Positions 39,860 through 50,593 of a DNA stretch of 64,000 bases are shown here, one piece after another (position 1 is the stretch's first letter; every line of letters begins with the position of its first letter). The position numbers were made by a program, and so were the translations under genes. The stretch spans positions 759,177 to 823,176 of the forward strand of contig CAWGMT010000013.1 of the NCBI GenBank assembly GCA_963823675.1. Direction: 5' to 3'. Source of the DNA: an uncultured Isosphaeraceae bacterium (GTDB taxonomy: Bacteria > Planctomycetota > Planctomycetia > Isosphaerales > Isosphaeraceae). Below the pieces are notes generated by a model that saw only the letters and a list, made by a program, of their open reading frames with translations, was not told where the DNA came from and searched no databases.

Positions 39860-42217
39860 CCCCCCCTTAGCACAGCGATTTTTTGGGGGCAGTTAATTTT
39901 CAAGTGGCCGGCTGCCCCTCGCGGGTATCCGCCGCCTCGGGCGGTTGCTGTCGAGCCGATCGCCGCAGATTCGGCCGGGTGACCCCTCTCTTGCCCGCGG
40001 ATCCTTTCGCCATCTCGATCGGGTTGATTGTCTTCCAAACCGCTGGTTGAACCCGATCGGAGTATACCGCCGAACTCGACGCGAAGCCGCCTGGGCACTG
40101 GTCCGGCTGCGCCCAAGGCCTGGCTGCAATTGAGGGGGCATTTCTGAGCCCCCTACGTCGCGGTCGATGATCCCCCGTCATTGCGCATCCATGTGTGTAA
40201 TATAAAATATGGCGGTATTCGCTCCGTATTACTTCAATTTTTCCCCTAATATTGACCAGATGTACAGCCATTAGTCCGCCATATTTTCGTTGACACATTC
40301 TGCGCACACTCTTATCCTCTATCCCAGGATCGTCAGCCCCCATCCCCTACCCGAGGACCCTCCCATGGACTTCGTGCTGCCCGATCGCCACATCGTCGGA
40401 CCTACTGGCCAACTCCTCGTCCCGGAAATCGACGAGATCACCCCACGGCTGTTTATGCTCGCGGAGGGAGAATGCGGAGCAGAAGGCGTCGCTAAGGCCG
40501 CCGCCAAGTACGGCTATTCAAGACAACGGTATTATCAATTGCTTAAACGATTTCAGAAGGAGGGGGCCCTCGCCCTCCAGTCTCAAAAACGCGGACCCAA
40601 AACCAACTACGTCCGCACCGATGAACTCGAACGCCAGGTCATTCGCCACCGCTTCCTCGATCCCGACGCCACCGTCGAGGTCATCGCCCAGAAGCTGCGC
40701 CAGACTGGCTTCATCGTCAGCACCCGCAGCGTGGAACGCGTCGTGGAGAAGTATGGCCTTCAAAAAAAAACTCTATCGCTACCGCCCTGACGCCCAGCCA
40801 CCTGTGGAGGCGCAGACCACCAAGACGCGGACGACCCCCGTTCCCTGCGACCCCCGGAGCATCGAACGGGGCGTGCGCCAGCTTCTCGCCGACAAGGCCA
40901 TGGGAAACCTGGCTGGCGTCTGGCTGCTGGCCCCCGAATTGCTCCGGTTGGGTGCCTGGGATCTGGTCTGCTCTTGGACCACCCAACGGCCTGATCGTGT
41001 CGAGCCGCGCCTGGCGTTGCAACTGATCCACGAAGCGGCTCTGTGCACAACGGGCTTGCGGCACCGCCGCACCGTGAACCAACACATCTTCGAGTTGGCC
41101 AACGGCCTACCCTTCCTCGCCACCGACATGGCCGTGCACGAGCTTCTCGGGGCTCGAACCGTGGTCGACAGTCAACGCCTCCAAGTCGCCTTGGGCAAGA
41201 TCCGCCGAACCTCGGGCGATTTCCAAGCCCGGCTGCTGGCCATCGATCCGCATCGCGTGCGCAGCTTCAGCAAGCGGCACATGCGCCGCCACCGCGACAA
41301 CCAGGCCGAACGCCCCACCAAGGTCGCCCCAACCTTCTTCGTGCTCGACGCCGACACGCACCAACCGGTTTGCTTCACCACCGCCACGTCCTCCCGCACT
41401 GCGACCACGGCGGCGGAGGAATTACTCGAATTGGCGGCCCGCATCCTCGACACCCAGCCCGGACAGACCCTCGTCCTGGTCGATGCGGAGCACTTCACCG
41501 TCGAACTGCTGGACAAGGTCAAGAGCGAGACCAACTTCGACCTGCTGGTGCCGATGTCCGATCAACGTAGCCGGCGCGAAACTGCAGGCGCTGCCACCGG
41601 AAACATTCCAACCCCGTTGGGCAGGTTATGCCACGGCGAAGATGGCCTACACCCCCCGGGACAGCCAAGCCGGACCGTTTTCCCAATATGTCCAGCGGCT
41701 GGGAGAACGGCCCGAAGAGTACCGCTTCAAGGCATTCCTCTCGACCCGAGACGGCGACGAGGTGGAGGGCTTGACTCTGGACTTTCCCATGCGCTGGCAC
41801 GTGGAGGAGTTCTTCAACGCCCATCAGGCGTTGGGCTGGGACCGAGCCGGGACATGCAATCTGAACATCAGGTACGGGCAGGCGTCGATGGCCTTGGTCG
41901 CTCAAGCAGCGACCGATCGGTTGCGTAAGCACCTGGGCCCAACAGCAGCGAGCTGGGATGCGGGGCACCTGTCCACGGCTTTCTTCGCTGGGCTCGAAGG
42001 AGACGTGCGGGTCGTCGAGGGAGATACCATCTTGGTAACGTACTACAATGCTCCGACCGACAACAACCTACGCCAAGTGTACCAGGACCTGCCCGCGAGG
42101 CTCCGAGCCGAGGGTGTCGACCCGCGTATCCCATGGCTGTATGGATTTAAACTCGACTTTTGCTTCCGCTGATGTCAAATTAACCAGCCCCAAAAAATCG
42201 CTGTTAGCAAGGGGGGG
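39860..42217 (+). mobile_element. insertion sequence (about 2.36 kb) with roughly 40-bp imperfect terminal inverted repeats ending in C7/G7 runs
   Basis: Left end CCCCCCCTTAGCACAGCGATTTTTTGGGGGCAGTTAATTTTCA. The reverse complement of the right end is CCCCCCCTTGCTAACAGCGATTTTTTGGGGCTGGTTAATTTGA. It contains the transposase ORFs and an AT-rich internal leader with a 12-bp inverted repeat (AAAATATGGCGG/CCGCCATATTTT). A TSD could not be resolved. Confidence 0.75.
40290..42172 (+). CDS. IS transposase (N-terminal HTH plus DDE domain with an RW.VEEFF motif, IS4-like superfamily) split over three reading frames
   Basis: ORF1 40290..40790 has an HTH (KYGYSRQRYYQLLKRFQ). ORF2 40621..41928 is +1 relative to ORF1 and joins across the A9 run at 40762-40770 (A8 would fuse them in frame). 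ORF3 41483..42172 is +1 again and carries RWHVEEFFNAHQALGW. The acidic residues FVLDAD and LVLVDAEHF are present. Confidence 0.65.
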
Positions 42218-42316
42218 AAAAGGCGCGCAACGAAACTGGAGCGAACGGGAAATGGCCGCGAGCCCAAGTTCTCTACGCCCCAGCCTGACCGAAGGGAGCC
42301 CAAGCCCCGCGACCGT

Positions 42317-43987
42317 CTACGGCAGGATCCGTTGGCCCAGTACCGTGTTCAAGGACAGCATGCTCCGGCGATGGCGAACGGCCGAATCGAGATAGGCCTT
42401 GGCGGTCTCGTTGTACTTGCGCTGGGCGTCGAGAAAAGCAATCTTGGTCGCTTCGCCTTCCTCGAATAGGTGCAGCCGATCCCGGTAGGCTTGCTGCAAA
42501 GGGGGCAAAACCTGGCTGCGCAGGGTCTGCACGATCCGGCCGCTGACGACGTACTCGCTCAGTGCCTGCTGGACCTCGGTCTGGACCTTACGCTCGAGCG
42601 AGACAAGCTGATACTGCGACTGATGGACATTGATCCGTGCGCGCTCGATGTTCCCCTGGTTACGGTTGAAGACCGGCATTGGAACCGTAAGGCCCACCGC
42701 CCAAGAGGTTGCGCTCTCCGTGCGGTAAGGCGCGTTGTTCTGAAACGTGTAGGGCTGATACAGCAGGTAGGCGTCCGAAAATCGATTGGCAAGCTGAAGC
42801 CGCACATTGGCCTGCGCAGCCTCGATACCAAGCCGGAACGCCGCGACGTCGGGCCGGCACGAAAGTGCAATCTGCCACAGCTCTTCCCGCGGCGGCGGCG
42901 GCGGCGCGAGGTCGCCGATCGTTCCCCGGACTTCGATCTGCTCGGCTTGCTCGGGTGCCAGGAACAAGAGCTCTCCCAGAACGCGCTTCCTTTGACGGAG
43001 GTTTTCCTCGGCATCGAGCAAGCCAACCTCCGCCATCTCGCGGTCGGACCGCGCCTGATCGACGTCGGCACGAGTCGCGCTGCCTCGCTTGTTAAGTTCC
43101 AGGTTAATTCTCAGATATTCATCTAGCCCGCGCACGCTCGTTTTCACATAACGCACAACCTCGCGCACCGCCAGCACGTCAACATAGGCGTTGTAAAGAT
43201 TCTGAATCGCCAGGCGGACCTCGTCCTGATACTGGGCCTCCATCACCTGAAGCGCACGGGTCGCATAGGTCGTTCTCGCCTGCCGCTTGTGGGAAAAGTC
43301 GATGGGTTGTGAGATATTGACATCGTACTGCGTTGGCCCTCCGGGCCGCCGGATCGAGTCGCTCCCGTAGGGAACGAGCTGGCTGTCGGCATAGAAGATC
43401 GGGTTGGCGCGCAGGCTGGCCGTCAACACATCGGCACGACCCTGCGGGATCTCCATATACTTGGCTTTCAGGTCGAGGTTCCGATGCAGTAAAAGTTCTA
43501 TGGCCTGGTCAAGCGTCAGGCCATCGGCGGGTCCCTCATCAGCTTCTTGTTTGGGTAGCTCCAGGGTCCCATAGAATGGCGGGCGAGGCACTGGAATCGG
43601 TTGCGGGGCGGTCACTCCCCGGCTGACAGGCGGCCCCTGGTAGACGCCTCCGGGGGTGGTGACGGCCGTCGGAACCCTCGGCATCGACGTGCCGATCCGG
43701 CCAAGCAGCATGTCGTCTCGCCCGGGCTGCATCCCCCGAACGCCACGCCCCGAGCCCGGCATCGGTCCCAGGAGCGACTCCATCGAGCCCGGTCTCGAAT
43801 TCGCGTTCGCCGCTCCCGCGACGACCGCCTGCTGCTCGATCGTCGGAGCCTGAGCGCATGCCGAGCGCGATAGCCCGATCGCCAGCCAGAGTAACGCCCA
43901 GCAGATCCCCCATCTCTCACTGCGGCTCGCCATCGCTCGCCGACCCTCCTCGACCCAGCGCCAACGCAACAACCGCCTTGTATTCAT
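42317..43987 (-). CDS. TolC-family outer-membrane efflux protein
   Basis: Two repeated OEP helical-barrel halves and a signal peptide. The likely true start is MASRSERW at 43933. Confidence 0.8.
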   Translation of the reverse strand: MNTRRLLRWRWVEEGRRAMASRSERWGICWALLWLAIGLSRSACAQAPTIEQQAVVAGAANANSRPGSMESLLGPMPGSGRGVRGMQPGRDDMLLGRIGTSMPRVPTAVTTPGGVYQGPPVSRGVTAPQPIPVPRPPFYGTLELPKQEADEGPADGLTLDQAIELLLHRNLDLKAKYMEIPQGRADVLTASLRANPIFYADSQLVPYGSDSIRRPGGPTQYDVNISQPIDFSHKRQARTTYATRALQVMEAQYQDEVRLAIQNLYNAYVDVLAVREVVRYVKTSVRGLDEYLRINLELNKRGSATRADVDQARSDREMAEVGLLDAEENLRQRKRVLGELLFLAPEQAEQIEVRGTIGDLAPPPPPREELWQIALSCRPDVAAFRLGIEAAQANVRLQLANRFSDAYLLYQPYTFQNNAPYRTESATSWAVGLTVPMPVFNRNQGNIERARINVHQSQYQLVSLERKVQTEVQQALSEYVVSGRIVQTLRSQVLPPLQQAYRDRLHLFEEGEATKIAFLDAQRKYNETAKAYLDSAVRHRRSMLSLNTVLGQRILP

Positions 43988-44228
43988 CCGTCCCCATCCA
44001 CTCGGGGCGATTCGCTGCGCGCGAGATTGCTCTTTCTCACGATTTTATCGGCTTGACGCAGAAGCCGAGTTAAACCGAACTTGCTGATGCTTCTCGTCTT
44101 CGCTATATCCCCTACAACCGGAACAACCCACAGAGTCTTCTTGCTTCGATCTGTCGCAGCCCGTTTATCCGCGGTAGGATGTCGCTTTCGGGAGCACACA
44201 AGGGGCCAAGTGCGGGGGTGAGACGACA

Positions 44229-45539
44229 ATGATCACCGTCGGTCGAGGAACATCGGCAACCTGTACAGGGGTTACGCGCCGCGATTTCCTCCGGGTGGGA
44301 GGGCTCGGGCTCGGCTCGTTGGGATTCACCCAGGCCGAATTGCCGGCCGCGCTGAACCCGGCCTCAAGCGCCGAGCGTTCCGTGATTCTGCTTTTGCTGG
44401 TTGGCGGGCCCAGTCAATTGGAGACCTGGGACCCCAAGCCGGGCGCTCCGGCGGCGGTTAGAGGGCCCTTCGGCTCGATCGCGACCCGTTGCCCCAGCGT
44501 CCGGATCTGCGAGCACCTGCCTGGTTTGGCGTCGAGGATGGACCGCCTTGCCCTGGTTCGATCCGTCCATCACGACGCGGCCCCGATTCATGAAACGGGC
44601 TTCCAGTTGCTCCAGACGGGCCGGCTCTGCCAAGGCCGCGAGGAGCCGCCCCACTTCGGCTCCGTGGTCGCCCGGCTCAGGGGAGCGCGCAATGGACAGC
44701 CAGCCTCGGCAATAATTCCTGGCCCGATCGCCAGCACCGGCGTTCCGATTTCGCATGGCCAGTCATCGGGCTGGCTGGGCACGGCCTGCGATCCATTCAC
44801 ACTGAACGCCGGCCCCGGCGCCCCGGATTTCGATTCGCGCTCGGCTTTTGACAACGCATCGGCATGTCTTTACCGGGCCGCAAGCGGCGGGTCATCGGAT
44901 GCGATCGCGTCAACCCGTAAATCGGAGCCGCTCTTGACCCCGACGGCTCGCAATGCCTTTGACCTGGTCGAGGAGAGCAGCCGCACGCGCGAGGCTTACG
45001 GACGGTCAACCTTCGGCCAGAGTTGCCTCCTGGCGCGCCGGCTGGTGGAGGGCGGCGTGCGGGTCGTCACGGTCAACATGTACGCGACCGTCTTCAATCA
45101 GGTCACCTGGGACTGCCACGGGTCTGCGCCTTTCAGCACGCTCGACGACTACGCTCGGGAACTGCTGCCAACCTTCGACCGGGCGTTTTCGGCCCTGATC
45201 GACGACCTCGAGGATCGCGGCCGGCTTGATTCGACGCTGGTCGTCGCGGCCGGCGAATTCGGCCGCACCCCCCGGCTCAACGCCGCGGGCGGCCGCGACC
45301 ACTGGCCGGGGGTCTGGAGCGTCGCCCTCGCCGGCGGCGGCGTTCGCGGCGGTCAGGTCATTGGAGCCAGCGACGCCGATGCCGGCGCGCCTGCCGACCG
45401 CCCCGTCACGCCCCAGGACTTGCTGGCGACGATTTACCACAGCCTGGGCATCGATGGGAAGCAGTACCACGCCCGCCCCGATGGTGAATCCTACGCGCTC
45501 GTCGAGGATGGAGGACCGATTCGCGAACTGTTCGCTTGA
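44229..45539 (+). CDS. DUF1501-family (sulfatase-like) protein with a Tat signal
   Basis: Tat motif TRRDFLRVGGLGLG and the DUF1501 hallmark GGRDHW. Confidence 0.8.
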   Translation: MITVGRGTSATCTGVTRRDFLRVGGLGLGSLGFTQAELPAALNPASSAERSVILLLLVGGPSQLETWDPKPGAPAAVRGPFGSIATRCPSVRICEHLPGLASRMDRLALVRSVHHDAAPIHETGFQLLQTGRLCQGREEPPHFGSVVARLRGARNGQPASAIIPGPIASTGVPISHGQSSGWLGTACDPFTLNAGPGAPDFDSRSAFDNASACLYRAASGGSSDAIASTRKSEPLLTPTARNAFDLVEESSRTREAYGRSTFGQSCLLARRLVEGGVRVVTVNMYATVFNQVTWDCHGSAPFSTLDDYARELLPTFDRAFSALIDDLEDRGRLDSTLVVAAGEFGRTPRLNAAGGRDHWPGVWSVALAGGGVRGGQVIGASDADAGAPADRPVTPQDLLATIYHSLGIDGKQYHARPDGESYALVEDGGPIRELFA

Positions 45540-45681
45540 CACGGTGGAAGCTGGCGAGGTGTCTGATTACAAATCGAGGGACCCAGTTCTTTCCACTTGG
45601 ATACACCATCGTAGACTCTTTCCCAGCCTTGCCCGGAGCTGCTCCGCGGCAATGGCTTTGAGGTAGCGCACCGGGGTAACC

Positions 45682-46318
45682 ATGCAAGAGAACCTTTTGC
45701 GCTTTATCGAACACGCGCGGCAGAAAGGGATGGACCACGCGACCACCTTCCTGCTCTTGCGGTCCACCGGCTGGAGGGAAAGGGAAATCGCCGAAGCCTT
45801 CGCCGCCCGCGAGCTGACGATGCCCATCCCGGAGCGAGCGGGCGCTGGCTCTGCAAGAGACGCTTTCTTTCACCTGTTGGCGTTCACGGCGCTTTACGCC
45901 TGGGCCATCAGCCTGATTTTTTTTGTTCTTCACTTACATTGAGTTCGCATTTCCCGATCCGGCGACGCGGACACGGACCTATGCCCTCGAAGCGGCCCTG
46001 TCGAGCATTCGTGCGTCGCTGGCGACACTCATCGTGTCTTATCCGCTCTTCTTGCTAGTCTGGTCGTTTCTGTTGCGCGAAGTCCGCATGTCTCCGGAAA
46101 AGGCAACGAGTGGTGTGCGGCGATGGTTATCGTTCTTGTCGCTGTTCGTCGGCGCCGTGACGATCCTGACGGATGTGATCGTCGTCGTCTACTACCTCGT
46201 GGAAGGGGACCTGACGGTTCGTTTTCTGCTCAAGGTAGTCGTTCTGTTGGTCATTGCCGGAGCGTTGTCAACCTATCTCGCGATGGTATTGCGCTCTGAA
46301 GCGGAGGCCAGGAAATGA
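45682..46318 (+). CDS. hypothetical polytopic membrane protein split by a frameshift inside a T8 run (45917-45924)
   Basis: ORFs 45682..45942 and 45923..46318 are in adjacent frames and overlap exactly at the T8 homopolymer. The hydrophobic helices continue across the junction. Confidence 0.4.
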
Positions 46319-46758
46319 CGCTCAGAGTCCACGCTGCGTTCGCAGTTGTCGTGTCGATCGTCGTCGCCTTCGCCGTTGCATGGGGGTTTTTGCTGGTCGG
46401 CTCGCCGGCACTTCGGCGGCTCGAGCAGTTTGACAAGCAACGTTTGGCGGATCTACAGACGATCGCCTGGGAGATTCAGTCGATGGTCGAGAATAAGAAT
46501 AAAAAGGGGACCCTCAAGGAGCCGCTCCCCAAGACGCTCGAAGAGGCGGCTGAGCGGGCGCGAGACCGAAGAGTGAATCCACGCGACCCCGAAACCAACC
46601 AGCCGTACCGTTATCGCGTCAAGAACGAAACAACCTACGAGCTGTGTGCCACCTTCGCGCGGCCACGCGAGTCGGACGCGGGCGTCTTTTGGAACCACCC
46701 CGCCGGCACGCATTGTTTCACGATCAAAGTTCTCGATCCGCCACCGTCGTTTCACTAA
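46315..46758 (+). CDS. hypothetical small membrane-anchored protein
   Basis: Its ATG overlaps the preceding stop (ATGA) and it has one N-terminal TM helix. Confidence 0.4.
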   Translation: MTLRVHAAFAVVVSIVVAFAVAWGFLLVGSPALRRLEQFDKQRLADLQTIAWEIQSMVENKNKKGTLKEPLPKTLEEAAERARDRRVNPRDPETNQPYRYRVKNETTYELCATFARPRESDAGVFWNHPAGTHCFTIKVLDPPPSFH

Positions 46759-47491
46759 GCCGTCGGTGGACGATTCGCCTGAAGTTCGGCGGCGTGATGG
46801 TCTCAATCCACCCGTCACACAATGTTCCTGAAGATACTACGGCGCACGAGCGGCTGGACGGTGCCCTGCACGAGTACAACCGACCCGTCGCAGGCGTGTG
46901 AGGGGGACAAGGCACCGTGAACCCTGACTCTCGGCTCGCACCGGCTAGACTTAGCAAGCTGGTGGCACTTTGCATATTGCTCGCGTGCACGTGCTCGAAC
47001 GCCCTTTCGGCGTCGCCGCCCGATGCCGCGGTTTTCCTTCGCGCCAACCAGGTCGGCTACTCAGCCAAAGACATGAAAGTCGCGATTGCGTTCTCCGAGT
47101 CACCGCTCCCCGCCAAGTTCGCCGTGGTCGCAGCCGATACCGGCGCATCGGTTTTCGAGGGCGAGACCGTATCGCTCCCCGGTGAACGGTGGGGGAAGTT
47201 CGACCAGTATGGAGAGCTTGACTTCACAGGGGTAACTCGGCCGGGCCGCTACGTGCTGCGGATGGGTGAGGCGAGATCGTTGCCCTTTGCCATCGGCGAG
47301 CTCGTGCTGGCGGGCTTGCCGGACCATTTTCTGGATTTCATGCGTCAACAGCGGTGTGGCTACAACCCATGGCTGGGCGTGAAGTGCCACCAGCTCGACG
47401 GCCGGACCGCCTTCGGTCCACTTCCCGACGGAACGGAGATCGACGCCCGTGGCGGCTGGCACGACGCGGGCGACTTGTTGAAGTACCAGCT

Positions 47492-48510
47492 GGGCCTGTA
47501 AGAAATATTGTGTCAACGTAGGGAATCGGGTATTCCTTCCTATCCTCTTTTCCTTACGGAGATTGTCGCATGGATGCGATTTTGACAGAAAAGGCCGAAC
47601 GGCTCGCGAAAGAGGTCGCGACACAGGCAAGGACGCTGGATGACCTCAACGGCCTCATCAAGCTGATGATGAAATCCGCGCTGGAACGCATGCTCGACAC
47701 CGAAATGGATGTGCATCTCGGACGTAAGAAGCTGCCTGGGCTGACTGCCGACTCTCCGGCTGAGGTGCCGGCGAACTGTGCTGCCGAGGCGCCTCCGAAG
47801 AAGGGGGCAAAGAATCGTCGCAATGGACATTCACACAAAACGGTACAGGGCGATCTTGGCGAAATCAGGGTCACGACGCCGCGCGATCGCGATGGCACCT
47901 TCGAGCCACAATTGATCCCCAAACATCGCCGTCGCTTGACCGGTTTCGACGAGAAGATTCTTGCTCTCTACGCCAAGGGTATGACCACTTGGGACATTCA
48001 GCAGATTGTGAAAGAACTCTATGATGTTGATGTTTCACCGACGCTGGTCTCAGAGATTACCACTGACCTCGACGCGCAAGTGACAGCGTGGCGCACCCGG
48101 CAGCTCGACGCCGTTCTGGCCAATCGTCTATTTCGACGGCATCGGGCGACAAATATCCGACCATCGTCAAGCAGTGGCGTTTGAAGTGGCCGGACATCGC
48201 GGCCATGTTCGAGTTCCCGCCTGCGATCCGCAAGGCGATCTACACGACCAACGCCATCGAGTCGGTCAACAGCGTGATTCGCAAGTTCACGCGGAACCGC
48301 AAGCAATACCCCAACGAGGAGTCAGCGCTGAAGCTCGTGTACTTGGCCATCCACGAAGCGCCGAAGAAGTGGACCATGCCGATCCCGAAGTGGAGAGAAG
48401 CGCTGAACCACTTCGCCATCATGTTCGAGGACCGACTGCCGACCCCAGCTCGCACTTGACCCTGCAAGTTCCGTACCCAACTGTGTTGACACAAAAAGAT
48501 TTACAAGCCC
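47492..48510 (+). mobile_element. internally deleted IS256-family element (about 1.0 kb) with 26-bp imperfect inverted repeats and an 8-bp TSD TACCAGCT
   Basis: IR-L GGGCCTGTAAGAAATATTGTGTCAAC. IR-R (reverse complement) GGGCTTGTAAATCTTTTTGTGTCAAC. TACCAGCT is found at 47484-47491 and again at 48511-48518. Confidence 0.85.
47570..48459 (+). pseudogene. IS256-family transposase remnant lacking the DDE catalytic core
   Basis: The N-terminal part (MMKSALERMLDTEMDVHLG..NGHSHKT..GEIRVTTPRDRDGTFEPQLIPKH) runs to ...LDAV followed by PIVYFDGI. It then jumps directly to the C-terminal module IVKQWRLKWPDIAAMFEFPPAIRKAIYTTNAIESVN..FTRNRKQYPNE..KKWTMPI. About 160 aa of the D-D-E core are missing. Confidence 0.85.
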
Positions 48511-49926
48511 TACCAGCTTACGTCGGGTAACGCCACGGCCCAGATGCTTCTGGCCTATGCGCTCGGCCGACGGTCCGCGCCGCGGGGTCCGCGCTTCGCC
48601 AACTGCGTCGAACGCGCTGGGCGATCCCGTTCCCAACGGTGTGCCCGACCTTCTCGATGAAGCTCGCTGGGGCCTCGACTGGATGCTCAAGCTTCACCCT
48701 GCGCCCGACCAGCTCTACCACCAGGTGGCCGACGATCGCGACCATGTCAGCTTCCGCCTGCCGCAAAACGAAATCGCGGACTACGGCTGGGGCAAGGGGG
48801 GCGCGCGTGTCGTCTATTTCGCGGACGGCCGCCCCCAGGGTTTGCAGCGGTTCAAGAGCGAGTCGACCGGCCTGGCGAACCTCGCGGGCCGATACGCCGC
48901 CGCCATGGCGCTGGCCTACCAGACGTGGAGGGACGACCCGGGTGCCCGCGCTTTCGCCGAGCGCTGCTTGAAGGCTGGCCGCGAGGTCTACGAGCTGGGC
49001 CGCACCCACGAGGGGTCGCAACAGGGCAATTCCTACAAGGCGCCCTACCGCTACGAGGAAACAACCTGGGCCGACGATATGGAATGGGGCGGGGCCGAGC
49101 TGTTCCGCGCCACGGGCGAGCGCCGCTACCTCGACCAAGCGAAACGCTACGCGCTGATGGCCGGCACCGACACGTGGATGGGCCGGGAACAGGCCAAGCA
49201 CTATCAGTTCTACCCGTTCCTGAACGTCGGCCACTTCCGGCTTTATGACCTGGTAGATGCCGACTTTCAGAAGGTTCTCGCCGGCTACTACCGCGACGGG
49301 ATCGACCGTTGTGTGCGAGCGGGCCAGACCAATCCGTACCGCCTCGGCGTGCCGTTCATCTGGTGCTCCAACAACCTTGTCGTCGCGCTCGTGGCACAGT
49401 GTTATTTGTATGAGCGAATGACCGGGGACGTACGCTACCACGGTTTCGCGGCGCGCAACCGCGACTGGCTGCTCGGCCGCAACCCGTGGGGATACACGAT
49501 GTTCACCGAGGTGGGCACTGTGTTTCCCAAGGACGTACACCTACAGACCACGAAGCTCACGGGGCGCTCGGTGCGCGGGGGATTGGTGGACGGGCCCGTC
49601 TATGAGCGCATCTTCCGGTCCCAGCGCGGTGTCTCGATCACCGAGCCGGACCCGCTCGCCCCCTTCCAGGACGAGCGGGCCGTCTATCACGACGACATCA
49701 AGGACTATGTGACCAACGAACCGACAATGGACGGCACGGCGTCGGCGATCCTGATGTGGGTGGCAGGGGATGAGCAAGGTCCAAGTGCGCGCCCGTAGGG
49801 ACCGGTGGCTCTTCGGGGTCCGCTAACAACTTCGTTGACTTTGGCAGCAGAGCAACGGATCGCAAGGCGTGGTATACTCGATCGAAGGATGGACATAGCG
49901 GTTAAATTCTGGCAGGGGGAGTCGCT

Positions 49927-50196
49927 ATGGAGGGGGCAAAAGCACGTCCGGGTCGGCGTCTTCGAAGCACAACCTTGAATCGGGAGCAGGCCGTGTATGA
50001 CGCCAGCCTGCCCCAATGGGTGCAAGAGCACGATTCCGCACACGTCCTCATCAAGGATGACGAGGTTGTCGGCTTCTATCCGACCCGCGAAGAAGCACTC
50101 GCCGCCGGCTACAGTCGGTTTGGGGTGGTGCCGCTGTTCGTCAAGAAGATCACGGCCGCCGAGCCCGTTTATTACATCCCCAACGTGACCCTCTGA
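49927..50196 (+). CDS. small hypothetical protein (89 aa) at the left edge of the low-GC islet
   Basis: ORF with a plausible coding pattern and no recognised domain. It lies upstream of the helicase-HNH gene. Confidence 0.3.
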   Translation: MEGAKARPGRRLRSTTLNREQAVYDASLPQWVQEHDSAHVLIKDDEVVGFYPTREEALAAGYSRFGVVPLFVKKITAAEPVYYIPNVTL

Positions 50197-50593
50197 TGGC
50201 CCGCTTCCGACTGCGGATCGGAGGGGACGGCCCGGTCATCTCCTGGCTTTGATCGGCCGTGATATGCTGGCCTACTGCCGGTTCTTCTACGACGGACCGA
50301 ATGGCGAGCTCATACTCGCGGTTTGACCGGTTCTTCCCCTATAGCTGGCGATGGGCAATCCGGGTCAACAGCCGCGCCAGTGACTTGGTGGCCTCGGGGA
50401 ACCGTTTGCAAAATTGCAGCAAGGCTTGAACGACCCCTGTGCGGCTCGAATCGCAGGAGGATACACTGGTCTGAGTGGGAGTTGCGGGCATCGTTGCAGA
50501 TGCCAAGAACCGGCTACCGTTCCGCTCGATGGTGCGAAAGACGAAACGACAACGCTCCGACCGCAGAGTCCAACAGCGTGGAGGTCGACTCTC

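Larger units (their letters stand above)
46917..49798 (+). pseudogene. glycoside hydrolase family 9 endoglucanase (CelD_N Ig-like plus GH9 catalytic domain) disrupted by an IS256-family insertion, with a downstream homopolymer frameshift
   Basis: The 5' part 46917..47501 ends DARGGWHDAGDLLKYQL, the GH9 DAGD signature, and stops inside the IS inverted repeat. After the element and TSD, the same frame resumes (TSGNATAQMLLAYALG) and, after a G4 run near 48575, continues as ...DLLDEARWGLDWMLK... with GH9-like downstream motifs (...WADDMEWG..., ...NEPTMDG...) to 49798. Confidence 0.8.

Noticed and set aside
50414-50593. 60-aa N-terminal extension of the helicase ORF in the ORF track
   Set aside because: There is no RBS for the upstream start. 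A good GGAGG precedes the ATG at 50594, where the conserved sequence begins.
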